Part shown: in pieces, positions 18,294 through 25,925 of the stretch | How positions within the stretch are numbered: position 1 is the first letter of the stretch | How the letters are laid out: each line of letters opens with the position of its first letter | NCBI GenBank assembly: GCA_944342015.1 | Contig: CALVMC010000003.1 | Span: 5,842-69,841, forward strand | DNA: 64,000 bases | DNA from: an uncultured Clostridia bacterium | GTDB taxonomy: Bacteria > Bacillota > Clostridia > Christensenellales > CALVMC01 | Direction of reading: 5' to 3' | The notes under the pieces: model-generated | What the model was told of the DNA's origin: nothing | The model's input: the letters and a program-made list of their open reading frames with translations, nothing else | Database searches by the model: none | Program-made: the position numbers and the translations under genes

Positions 18294-20334
18294 AATTTTC
18301 TCCTTCTTCTAGTACAGAAATAAATTCGTTAATTTGATTTTTTAAATCATTATAATTTGCTTCTTCCTTATTTTGAAAAAGAAGCATTTTAAAAAGCTGT
18401 ATCAATCCTTCGGTATTATTGTTATTTAATCGGTTAAGTATCTCGTCTGAAAATTCATTATTATTAATTTTCAAAGTTAAAAAAGTAGATTTTATAAAAT
18501 TAATTTTATCATTAAATTTATTATTTTTTTGAATTTTATTTAATTTTTTATTAAATTTAACAGAAGAAATATCATAATTAAAAAACTCATCATCTTTATG
18601 ATAGTAATTTATTATTTCTTCTTCAGCCATACCAATATTAAAATAGTTATCATTATAAACCGGGACAAAGCTTGTTTTTGCCGGTAAATCTCTTGAATAT
18701 ATCAAATATCCTTCGCCGAAATTATTAGATTTTAATTCATCAACAGAAACAAGTTTTTTTTCGACTTCAGATTCGGAAAAAGATACATTTTCTTTATTAT
18801 TATTTTTTGAAATAGAAGTTGTCTTAGAATTAAAAGTCGTACTGCCGAATAAATCTGAAAAATAGTTAAGAGTTTGTTTTTCAGAAGCCAATAAATAAAT
18901 TTTAAGTCCGCACCCTGCTAAAATACTAGTTGCATTGTTTTTACCGTACTTTTCTTCAATTTGTGAAAGCTCTTGAACAATAAGTAAAAACCAAATATTT
19001 CTTCCCCCGGCAATATTCAACCAATCGGCAATTTCATTTATTTTTATGGTAGTACCGAACTCTTCTAAAAGAAAATAAAAAGGTCTTTCAAACTTATTAT
19101 TTTTAAATTTTCGAGAAAGTTCCAAAAGAGTTTTATAAATTGATTTAATTACTAAGTTAGCATAAATATAACGAGATTTATTTTCATCGGGCACAATTAA
19201 AAAGAAAGCTGTCGGCTCTTCGTTTATTTTTTTAAATGAAAAATCATTACCGGACGATATATATTTTATTCCTTTTTCACATAGCATTTCAAGAATTTCA
19301 GTTGCCTGTGAAATTATTCCGCCTTTTGTTGTCTCAGCTTCAGAGTTAATAATTTCAGCACATCTCATATAACATTCAGAAGTTCTAGGCCGGTTATTAA
19401 TATAATTCTTTAATTCTTCTTTGTCGGAGTTAATAATACTTAATATCTGAGAAAATGTAACTTCTTTTTGACTTTCGATATTTTCTGCTTCTGCCATATC
19501 TTCCAATCGGCCGTAAAGCAAACCTATTAAAAGATTTCTTGCTTTATTTTTCCAAAAAGAATCAGAGTTATTACTTTCCGGTATAAGTTCGATAAATAAA
19601 TCATTGATATCGGCGGAAATATTTATTTTTAAAGCTTCAATTTTAACTAATAAATCATCGGTAACATTTTCAATTTTTTGTAATTCAATCAATTTTTTAT
19701 ATTTTAAATAAATTTTATTTAAAACATTGAATCTTTTAGATTTTAACGGAGAAATTAAATCTAAAACCATAATATTATAACCGTTATCTTTTAAAACTTT
19801 AGAATTTTTATCATATAATTCTTTCTTTGGATCGATGATTAAAAAACTCGGTTTTACTTTAGATTTTGCAAAAATTTGAATTTGTGGTGCAACAAGATTA
19901 ACAGTTTTTCCGCTCCGAGTGGTACCGACCACCAATCCGTGCGTATTGTTTATTAAATTAAAAGTCAGTTCTTTTTTAAAATTTATTTTAGATTTTACTA
20001 AAATTCCTATATTATCGTTATTATTAATAGATTTAAAAGTGTTCTTTTTATATTTCTTATTTAACTCCGCATCGGAAAGAAGTTTTCTGTTCCCGAATCG
20101 GTTTTGAGATTTATTTTTAGATTTTTTAATATAAAAATTAATCAAAATAATAGCACTTAAAAATACTAATATAATCAGAGATAATAAAACATTTTTTAAA
20201 CTAAAAAAATTATTAAATGTAAATTCTTTATTTTCTAAAATAGAAGTATTAATAAAATGACTTAAAATCATTGCTATAAAAAAAGCAACTATTGAGCAAA
20301 TAATAATAATTATATATTTTATTTTTTTACTCAT
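18283..20334 (-). CDS. VirD4/TraG-type type IV coupling protein
   Basis: 683 aa with two N-terminal TM segments. Walker A is GTTRSGKT. Other motifs are FLIIDPKKELY, FYFLLEEFG and LLIVQELSQIEEKYG. Confidence 0.9.
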   Translation of the reverse strand: MSKKIKYIIIIICSIVAFFIAMILSHFINTSILENKEFTFNNFFSLKNVLLSLIILVFLSAIILINFYIKKSKNKSQNRFGNRKLLSDAELNKKYKKNTFKSINNNDNIGILVKSKINFKKELTFNLINNTHGLVVGTTRSGKTVNLVAPQIQIFAKSKVKPSFLIIDPKKELYDKNSKVLKDNGYNIMVLDLISPLKSKRFNVLNKIYLKYKKLIELQKIENVTDDLLVKIEALKINISADINDLFIELIPESNNSDSFWKNKARNLLIGLLYGRLEDMAEAENIESQKEVTFSQILSIINSDKEELKNYINNRPRTSECYMRCAEIINSEAETTKGGIISQATEILEMLCEKGIKYISSGNDFSFKKINEEPTAFFLIVPDENKSRYIYANLVIKSIYKTLLELSRKFKNNKFERPFYFLLEEFGTTIKINEIADWLNIAGGRNIWFLLIVQELSQIEEKYGKNNATSILAGCGLKIYLLASEKQTLNYFSDLFGSTTFNSKTTSISKNNNKENVSFSESEVEKKLVSVDELKSNNFGEGYLIYSRDLPAKTSFVPVYNDNYFNIGMAEEEIINYYHKDDEFFNYDISSVKFNKKLNKIQKNNKFNDKINFIKSTFLTLKINNNEFSDEILNRLNNNNTEGLIQLFKMLLFQNKEEANYNDLKNQINEFISVLEEGENYED

Positions 20335-20340
20335 TTATCT

Positions 20341-21447
20341 TTATCCCCTACTTATATCAAAATCGGAACCTTTTTCATTTAACAGCGATTTAAAATTTAA
20401 TATTTCACTAACGCAACTATCGTTTAAATTATTTGTTAATTGATAAAAAGATTTTTTTAATTTATATCTGCAATATTTAACGGTTTTTTTATTATTGATA
20501 TTAATTTTTAACGGAGCAACTTTTTTATTATATAACGAATTGTTATTATTAATAGAAACTGCAGTTTTAATTATTTTGTTTCCTATTCTTGAATATAAAT
20601 CTTTAATTATTTTTTCAGAATAGTTTAAAAATTTAGAGTTATTCGTTTTATTTAAAAGTTCTTCTCTTTCTTGTAATTTTATTTTAAAATCGTTAAAAAG
20701 CGAATTATTTTTATTATTAGTTAAAAGGTAGTTTGCTATATTATCAATACTTCTTTTTAAGTTATTATCTAGATTTTTTGAATTATAATTTATAACTTTA
20801 TTAAGTTTTAAACTTAAATTTTTTAATTTAAAATTTAAAATATTGTCATCGGAACAGTTAATAGAATTTATAATTTCATCTCTGTAATTATAAATTCTGT
20901 AATAATTTTCAATTAACCATTTTTCGCCGAGTTCTTTGAAATTATTTAAATTATCTATAGAAATCTTTCCTTTTTTTAGAAATTCTTTTTCGCCTTTATA
21001 ATTTAAAAATTCCGGTTGTTTCTGCCAAAAAAGAAAATGGATATGTCTATGTTCGGTGTCATCGTGGTAGCAAGTTAGATAATCTATATTATTGAAATTT
21101 AATTTATTGTCATTAAAGCCTTCGATAGATTTTTTTATAAATTTAAATGAATCTTCTTCATTAAAAATATTAAATATTTTCTCGTCTCCCCTAAAAGAAA
21201 TCAGATTATCCCAAATTAAAGTTTGACTTGCAGTCAGATATGATAATTTTTCTTTAATTTGATTAATATTGAGTTTATTGCCTTTTGAATCTATAATGTT
21301 AAAAGTTAATTCGTTTGTGCTTCCGTGGTCTCTAGTAACATAATTAGCCCAATTGTAACTAGCCGAACAGTCATAAAAAGATCTGTTTTCGTTTGTACTA
21401 TCTATAAATTTAGTTTTAACGACAATACGACTGTTCTTAATTTTCAT
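20341..21447 (-). CDS. Relaxase (MOBP/MOBQ-like HUH nuclease domain)
   Basis: The histidine triad CYHDDTEHRHIHFLFW matches the HxDxxxHxH relaxase motif. The gene lies upstream of the coupling protein, and an AGGAG RBS precedes the start. Confidence 0.72.
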   Translation of the reverse strand: MKIKNSRIVVKTKFIDSTNENRSFYDCSASYNWANYVTRDHGSTNELTFNIIDSKGNKLNINQIKEKLSYLTASQTLIWDNLISFRGDEKIFNIFNEEDSFKFIKKSIEGFNDNKLNFNNIDYLTCYHDDTEHRHIHFLFWQKQPEFLNYKGEKEFLKKGKISIDNLNNFKELGEKWLIENYYRIYNYRDEIINSINCSDDNILNFKLKNLSLKLNKVINYNSKNLDNNLKRSIDNIANYLLTNNKNNSLFNDFKIKLQEREELLNKTNNSKFLNYSEKIIKDLYSRIGNKIIKTAVSINNNNSLYNKKVAPLKININNKKTVKYCRYKLKKSFYQLTNNLNDSCVSEILNFKSLLNEKGSDFDISRG

Positions 21448-21862
21448 TATTATCTCCTGTTAAAAAAGATATATCATCGATAAAATTAATTTCATTTTTC
21501 ATTTCATCAATTTTATTTTTAATTTCTTCCGGAAGTTCTGTTATGTAGTAACCTTTATTTAAAAGAGTTTCGGAAGGAGTAATTTTAGATATTTCGTTTG
21601 TTTTAATATTGTAAAGGCTCAATGTTAAAAAATAATTAAAAAGCGAATTATTGTTAATTTCATTAATTTTTGAATTTAAAATATTTAACTTTCTGTTTAC
21701 TGAATCCAAGCTAACACTGTTTTTATAATAGTTGTCTAAAGCAAAAGAAACAAGAAAGTTTAAGGCTTCGTTGGAACTTTTAAACTTTTTATCGTTATAA
21801 AACTTATTAAATTTTTTTAAAACTTCAGAATTTTGAAATCTGATATGGAAATCGTTTTTCAA
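21437..21862 (-). CDS. Hypothetical protein, possible relaxosome accessory protein
   Basis: 141 aa. It overlaps the relaxase start by 11 nt, and the start codon is TTG. The call rests on position only. Confidence 0.35.
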   Translation of the reverse strand: MKNDFHIRFQNSEVLKKFNKFYNDKKFKSSNEALNFLVSFALDNYYKNSVSLDSVNRKLNILNSKINEINNNSLFNYFLTLSLYNIKTNEISKITPSETLLNKGYYITELPEEIKNKIDEMKNEINFIDDISFLTGDNNEN

Positions 21863-21902
21863 GCTAACACCAAGGTTCGGGCTTTCCCGATGATTAGGGG
21901 GT

Positions 21903-21923
21903 ACGGGGGGATTTTCCCCCCGT
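21903..21923. other. Perfect GC-rich hairpin ACGGGGGG-ATTTT-CCCCCCGT
   Basis: An 8-bp G/C stem sits in an otherwise extremely AT-rich region, within a locally GC-rich patch at 21875-21925. It lies ~40 nt upstream of the mob operon start. A TTCTTTTT tract follows on the plus strand. Confidence 0.6.
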
Positions 21924-21997
21924 TCTTTTTAATGATAGCGAATTCTCAAAGATTTGTCAATAATTTTCTAAAAATGTATTTTAAAGAGCATAAGAGA

Positions 21998-22073
21998 GTT
22001 TCCCATTTAGCATTTTTCCCTTTACTTTAGTAAAGGGAAATTATATATATAGCATTTCCATTTTATGGGAAAC
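21998..22073. repeat. Nested inverted repeats (oriT/oriV candidate)
   Basis: A perfect 12-bp inverted repeat TTTCCCTTTACT / AGTAAAGGGAAA lies at 22015-22040. It is flanked by GTTTCCCAT (21998-22006) and ATGGGAAAC (22065-22073). TAGCATTT(T)CC direct repeats are also present. Confidence 0.6.
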
Positions 22074-22457
22074 AAATTTTAGAAAAAATGGAAACCAATT
22101 TTTCTTTTATTTATAATTAATAGTGTAGAAATATAGATAATTTAAACCCAAGACAGCAAAAAATAAATTTAAAAAACGAGTAGTTATATTAAAACTGTTT
22201 AAAACTGAGATTAAAATAATTAACAGTCTGACAGATTTACGGACAAATTAAACTAGCCGAGATTATATACTCTCACTTAAATTAAAACAAGAATCAAATA
22301 AACCGCTTAAATTAATTCTAAGCAATTTTTTAATTATTTTGATAAAAACTATTCAGAAAACATTAAAATTGAAATTTGCCCCATTTAAAGCCGTCAAACA
22401 AGACATTACATTATATGATTTTCAAATTATTGATAATAAAAACCGATAAATTAATTT

Positions 22458-22712
22458 TTGTTGAAAAAATTACAAAATAACAAACTAACTTGTTGTTTTG
22501 TTGAAAAAATAACTTGTTAGGAATATAACTTGTTAAAAAAATTACAAAATAACAAAATTACTTGTTATTTTGTTAGAAAAACAACAAAACAACTTGTAAT
22601 AATGTTAAAAAGATATTTTATTAACAAACTAACTTGTTATTTTGTTAAAAAGTTAAAAAAATTACTTGTTATTTTGTTAAAATGTTATTTTGTTGAAAAA
22701 ATTACAAAATAA
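22458..22712. repeat. Array of at least 9 copies of the 10-mer ACAAAATAAC/GTTATTTTGT in both orientations (parC/centromere-operator or iteron candidate)
   Basis: Exact or near-exact copies lie near 22472, 22492, 22544, 22564, 22581, 22636, 22667, 22684 and 22703. Two form convergent inverted pairs. The array ends just before the parA promoter. Confidence 0.75.
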
Positions 22713-22713
22713 C

Positions 22714-22742
22714 TTTACATTTTTAATTTTTTTTGTTACAAT
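22714..22742 (+). promoter_or_regulatory. parA promoter
   Basis: TTTACA (22714-22719), a 17-nt spacer, then TACAAT (22737-22742). It lies 25 nt upstream of the parA ATG. Confidence 0.5.
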
Positions 22743-22766
22743 TTATTTATTGGAGATTATTTAAAT

Positions 22767-23531
22767 ATGAAAACAGGAACAGTTATTACTTTTGTGAATC
22801 AGAAAGGCGGAGTTGGAAAGTCAACAACCGTTTTTATAACAGCTATTGAACTAATAAAAAAGCATTACAGTGTTTTAGTTATCGACCTTGATCCGCAAGC
22901 TACTTTAACCGGAGTTTGCGGAGACATTAGCAATAAAATCACCGTGAGAGATTGGCTTAATAATGATAATTTAAAAGTAGAAGAACTAATTCAAAAAACA
23001 TCATTGGGCTTTGATATAATTCCGGCTAATCCATTTATGGAATTGACGGAAAACGAATTAATAAATACAGTCGGGCAATATAAGATTTTGAATGAGAAGA
23101 TTAAAGAAATAAAAAAGAATTATAACTTTATATTAATAGATTGTCGCCCGACCTTGGGAATTTTGACTAAAAGCGGACTATTTGCTTCTGACTTTTTAGT
23201 TATTCCGGTTAAGCCGGAAATCGCTTCGGTTATGGGAGTGGAAGTACTGATTAACACATTAGTGCAAATTGAAAAATATGACAATAAAGAGTTTAATATA
23301 GCAGGAATTCTTTTAACTATGGTTAACAGCAGAACGACATCGTATAAAGATATAAAAGATTATTTAGTTTCTGTCTTTGGAAAGATTAATACTAAAATTT
23401 TTGATACGAGTATAAGAAATTCGGTTAAATGCAGTGATTCTTTCGGCGAAGGTAAAACTATAGACGAAAAATCAGCTGTAGGAATAGATTATAAAGATTT
23501 TGTCGAAGAATTATTAAAAGTAGTGCTTTAA
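22767..23531 (+). CDS. parA: ParA/Soj-family partition ATPase (small type Ib-like)
   Basis: Deviant Walker A NQKGGVGKSTT. Further motifs are VIDLDPQ and ILIDCRP. Confidence 0.92.
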   Translation: MKTGTVITFVNQKGGVGKSTTVFITAIELIKKHYSVLVIDLDPQATLTGVCGDISNKITVRDWLNNDNLKVEELIQKTSLGFDIIPANPFMELTENELINTVGQYKILNEKIKEIKKNYNFILIDCRPTLGILTKSGLFASDFLVIPVKPEIASVMGVEVLINTLVQIEKYDNKEFNIAGILLTMVNSRTTSYKDIKDYLVSVFGKINTKIFDTSIRNSVKCSDSFGEGKTIDEKSAVGIDYKDFVEELLKVVL

Positions 23532-23543
23532 GGAGAAGAAAAA

Positions 23544-23846
23544 ATGACAAGTTTTAAAAATTTAAAATTATTTAATCAATTTAACCAAATTGAAGAAGAA
23601 GGTAATAAGGAAAACTCAATCACAAAAGAAAATAATAAAAGTGAAAATGAAGAAAAAATTCTAAAAGAAAATAAAGAAGTTAATAACTATAAAAAGGAAA
23701 TTAAAAAAGACAATAAAAAAGACATTTTTATTACAACGAGAGTTGATAAAGATACTAAAGCAAAGTTTAAAATTGCTTGTATTAATAAAGGTATAAAAGA
23801 ATCGGAAGCTTTATCGTTTCTGATTAATAAATTTATAAATTCATAA
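23544..23846 (+). CDS. Small ribbon-helix-helix protein, ParG-like centromere-binding candidate
   Basis: 100 aa. It has a K/E-rich disordered N-terminus and a C-terminal IFITTRVDKDTKAKFKIACINKGIKESEALSFLINKFI segment consistent with an RHH fold. It lies directly downstream of parA. Confidence 0.5.
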   Translation: MTSFKNLKLFNQFNQIEEEGNKENSITKENNKSENEEKILKENKEVNNYKKEIKKDNKKDIFITTRVDKDTKAKFKIACINKGIKESEALSFLINKFINS

Positions 23847-23862
23847 GAAAAAGGGGGGTAAA

Positions 23863-24249
23863 ATGAATATTTTTAATTTTTTATTAACTGCACCGATTAA
23901 TATACCGGGCTTTTCTGAAAATAATACTGATGAGCTTTCTCAAGGCTTATACAAAGTATTACAAGTATCAGAGTATGTAATGTGGGGATTAGCCGTAGCA
24001 AGTGCAATAATTGCGATGATTATAATTAGTGTATCGGCCTTTCAGACAATGACAAGTGCTAACAAAGAAGGAGTTTGGCAAAATTTAGCAAGTAAATTTA
24101 AAATTGTTTTAATTAGTTTAGGTATTATTTGCGGTGCTTCAATTCTTGTCGGTATTGTACTGTACATTTATCGAACAGTCGGAATAATGCCGAGTACTCC
24201 GGAAGGAATTACTTGTGTAGAACTTTTAAGAACATTTATTAAATTTTAA
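23863..24249 (+). CDS. Small membrane protein (two TM segments), possibly a VirB2/TrbC-like T4SS component
   Basis: 128 aa with hydrophobic helices at ~aa 40-65 and ~85-110. A GGGGGG RBS precedes the start. The function is inferred only from size, topology and context. Confidence 0.4.
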   Translation: MNIFNFLLTAPINIPGFSENNTDELSQGLYKVLQVSEYVMWGLAVASAIIAMIIISVSAFQTMTSANKEGVWQNLASKFKIVLISLGIICGASILVGIVLYIYRTVGIMPSTPEGITCVELLRTFIKF

Positions 24250-24702
24250 AAAGGAGCTTAAATAATGGAAAAACAATATAAATCAATGACAGAAGAGTTA
24301 ATAGAAAAAGCAAGCAAACAAAAACCAAAAGAAGAAAAGAAAATGGAAAATGTTCAATACATTTTAATGGACGAAGAAGCTATGCTTAATTCCGGAAGAA
24401 AGTTTAATTTTGATTTAATGTATAAAGCATTTGATACAATTTTTTTAGAAGCAGGATATAAGAAAAACGAGAATGTTACCGAAGGTGTTGAATATTACGG
24501 TTGTAATGATTTACCGAAAACTTTTGGTGTAAATTGGCAACTAAAAGCCCAAAATTGGTTTTTGCCGTTCTGTAAAGAATGGATATGGACTTGTATTAAA
24601 AAAAATGGGGATATAGAAATTTATGATGAATTGGAACAAACAAGAAAATGGAAAAGAATATTGGGCAATAAACTTTGATCTCGATACAAAAGAAATGGAA
24701 AA
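24248..24702 (+). repeat. Right copy of the ~455-bp direct repeat (pairs with 6401-6856)
   Basis: See the left copy. The offset between the copies is 17847 bp. Confidence 0.9.
24265..24678 (+). CDS. orfA paralogue (hypothetical protein)
   Basis: 137 aa, differing from the 6419-6826 product at only a handful of residues. Confidence 0.6.
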   Translation: MEKQYKSMTEELIEKASKQKPKEEKKMENVQYILMDEEAMLNSGRKFNFDLMYKAFDTIFLEAGYKKNENVTEGVEYYGCNDLPKTFGVNWQLKAQNWFLPFCKEWIWTCIKKNGDIEIYDELEQTRKWKRILGNKL

Positions 24703-24730
24703 TACAGGCAAATATAAGAACAATTTTTAG
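24623..24730 (+). pseudogene. Truncated vapD remnant (first ~26 codons, then divergence and a stop)
   Basis: It reads MMNWNKQENGKEYWAINFDLDTKEME, then NTGKYKNNF and a stop. Homology with the intact vapD ends near 24702. Confidence 0.65.
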
Positions 24731-24746
24731 TTTGCATATTAAATAC

Positions 24747-24845
24747 AGCTGTTTTTAATAATAGATATAAAGATAAATTAATTAATTAATTACACCGACA
24801 GACAACAAGAAAAAACAAATAAAAAAATTAATAAAGAATGAAAAT
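24747..24845 (+). pseudogene. Fragment matching the 3' end of the VirB6-like gene (9453-9549)
   Basis: A shared ~90-bp string ...GTTTTTAATAATA(A/G)ATATAAAGATAAATTA...ACACCGACAGACAACAAGAAAAAACAAATAAAAAAATTAATAAAGAATGAAAA runs directly into the Fic start codon. Confidence 0.7.
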
Positions 24846-25634
24846 ATGAAAGAAGAAAATTTAGATAGTCTGTATAATAAATATCTTAAATTAAAAGAAA
24901 ACAGAAATGTTTCTGATACCGAGAAAGAACGGTTCTATAATGAACTGTCTATTGCCATAAGCTATGATTCAAACGCAATAGAAGGAAATACTTTTACTTA
25001 CGATGAAACAAGGCTCTTAATAAAAGAAGGGGTAACAACAAATTTAAGAAGTTTCAGAGAACACCAAGAAATAATAGGTCATAAAAACGCATTTGATTTT
25101 ATTTATAATTCAGTAAAAAATAAAGAATTAATTTTAGATTTGAATTTTATAAAAAAAATTCACAAACTTGTATTATCGCAAAATGAAGAAGCCGGTAAAA
25201 TAAGAAAAAGTAAAGTTTTTATCGGTAATCCCTTCGATATAAAATATAAACCTACCGAACCGGAAAATGTTGAAAATGAATTGCAGATTTTAATAGATAT
25301 CATTAATAAAACAATGGATTTTTATAAACAAAAGAATTTTGATTATACTGAAAAAGATATAGATAACATTTTTACGGAAATAGCACAGCACCATATAGAA
25401 TTTGAAATGATACACCCTTTTATTGACGGTAACGGCAGGGTTGGAAGACTTATTTTGAATTTAGAACTTATTAATTTAGGTTTTATTCCCATAGATATTA
25501 AAAACGAAGAAAAGTCTGAGTATTATAAAGGTTTTACTGAATATCAAAAAAATAACAGTATTAATTTAATGAAAAATATTATTATTACTAATGAAGAAAG
25601 AAGTTTGTCTTTATGGATAGAAAACTTTAATTAA
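24846..25634 (+). CDS. Fic-domain protein (class II, with an N-terminal inhibitory motif)
   Basis: The Fic motif is HPFIDGNGRVGR. The N-terminal SNAIEGN fits the (S/T)xxxE(G/N) auto-inhibition motif. Confidence 0.9.
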   Translation: MKEENLDSLYNKYLKLKENRNVSDTEKERFYNELSIAISYDSNAIEGNTFTYDETRLLIKEGVTTNLRSFREHQEIIGHKNAFDFIYNSVKNKELILDLNFIKKIHKLVLSQNEEAGKIRKSKVFIGNPFDIKYKPTEPENVENELQILIDIINKTMDFYKQKNFDYTEKDIDNIFTEIAQHHIEFEMIHPFIDGNGRVGRLILNLELINLGFIPIDIKNEEKSEYYKGFTEYQKNNSINLMKNIIITNEERSLSLWIENFN

Positions 25635-25925
25635 AATTCATAAATAAACATTAATAATTTTTTTTATTTTTAAATTTAAAAATTTTCAGGCGGAAAAACC
25701 ATAAAGCAAAATCATATACGGAAAATCCGTGTACGGTAAGTGTTCTGTTTTTAATTGAAATGATGAAGATATTTTTAAATTAATGCTTGCAAATACTATA
25801 TTCAAATTAATATGTTAATATTAATTATTTATTTTGTTTTTTTGTATTAAAAATCCGTTTATTCACTATTGAAATACTCTTTTTTTTATTATATAATAAA
25901 ATTATGATATTTTAAGGAGGAAATT

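Larger units (their letters stand above)
5379..25700. mobile_element. AT-rich plasmid-like conjugative island (rep, par, T4SS, relaxase, cargo) with no recombinase seen
   Basis: There is an abrupt, visible drop in G+C relative to both flanks. Gene content is plasmid and conjugation genes. Internal ~455-bp direct repeats are present. The edges are approximate and set by composition and gene content. Confidence 0.7.

Noticed and set aside
21903-21930. The GC hairpin followed by TTCTTTTT could be read as a plus-strand intrinsic terminator.
   Set aside because: No plus-strand gene lies upstream for more than 8 kb, since all of 13455-21862 is minus-strand. A terminator role is therefore unmotivated. 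It is kept as an oriT/regulatory candidate instead.
21833-22030. 65-aa plus-strand ORF across the GC hairpin and palindrome region.
   Set aside because: It spans structured repeat DNA, has no RBS, and overlaps the mob operon start. It is most likely spurious.
22530-22712. 60-aa ORF (MLKKLQNNKITCYFVRK...) in the track.
   Set aside because: Its sequence is merely the translation of the 10-mer repeat array, so it is internally repetitive. It has no RBS and is treated as noncoding.
5360-25700. Possible att-like direct repeat at the island edges: TTAAAAATTT...GCGGAA near 5365-5391 versus near 25668-25694.
   Set aside because: Only ~10 contiguous AT-only bases plus GCGGAA are shared, which is easily chance in AT-rich DNA. 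There is also no recombinase to use such a site.
6240-25900. Considered a Mollicutes-type origin (genetic code 4) because of the extreme AT-richness.
   Set aside because: Very long ORFs (1612, 918 and 683 aa) are open under the standard code without in-frame TGA, and Trp is encoded by TGG. There is no evidence for code 4.
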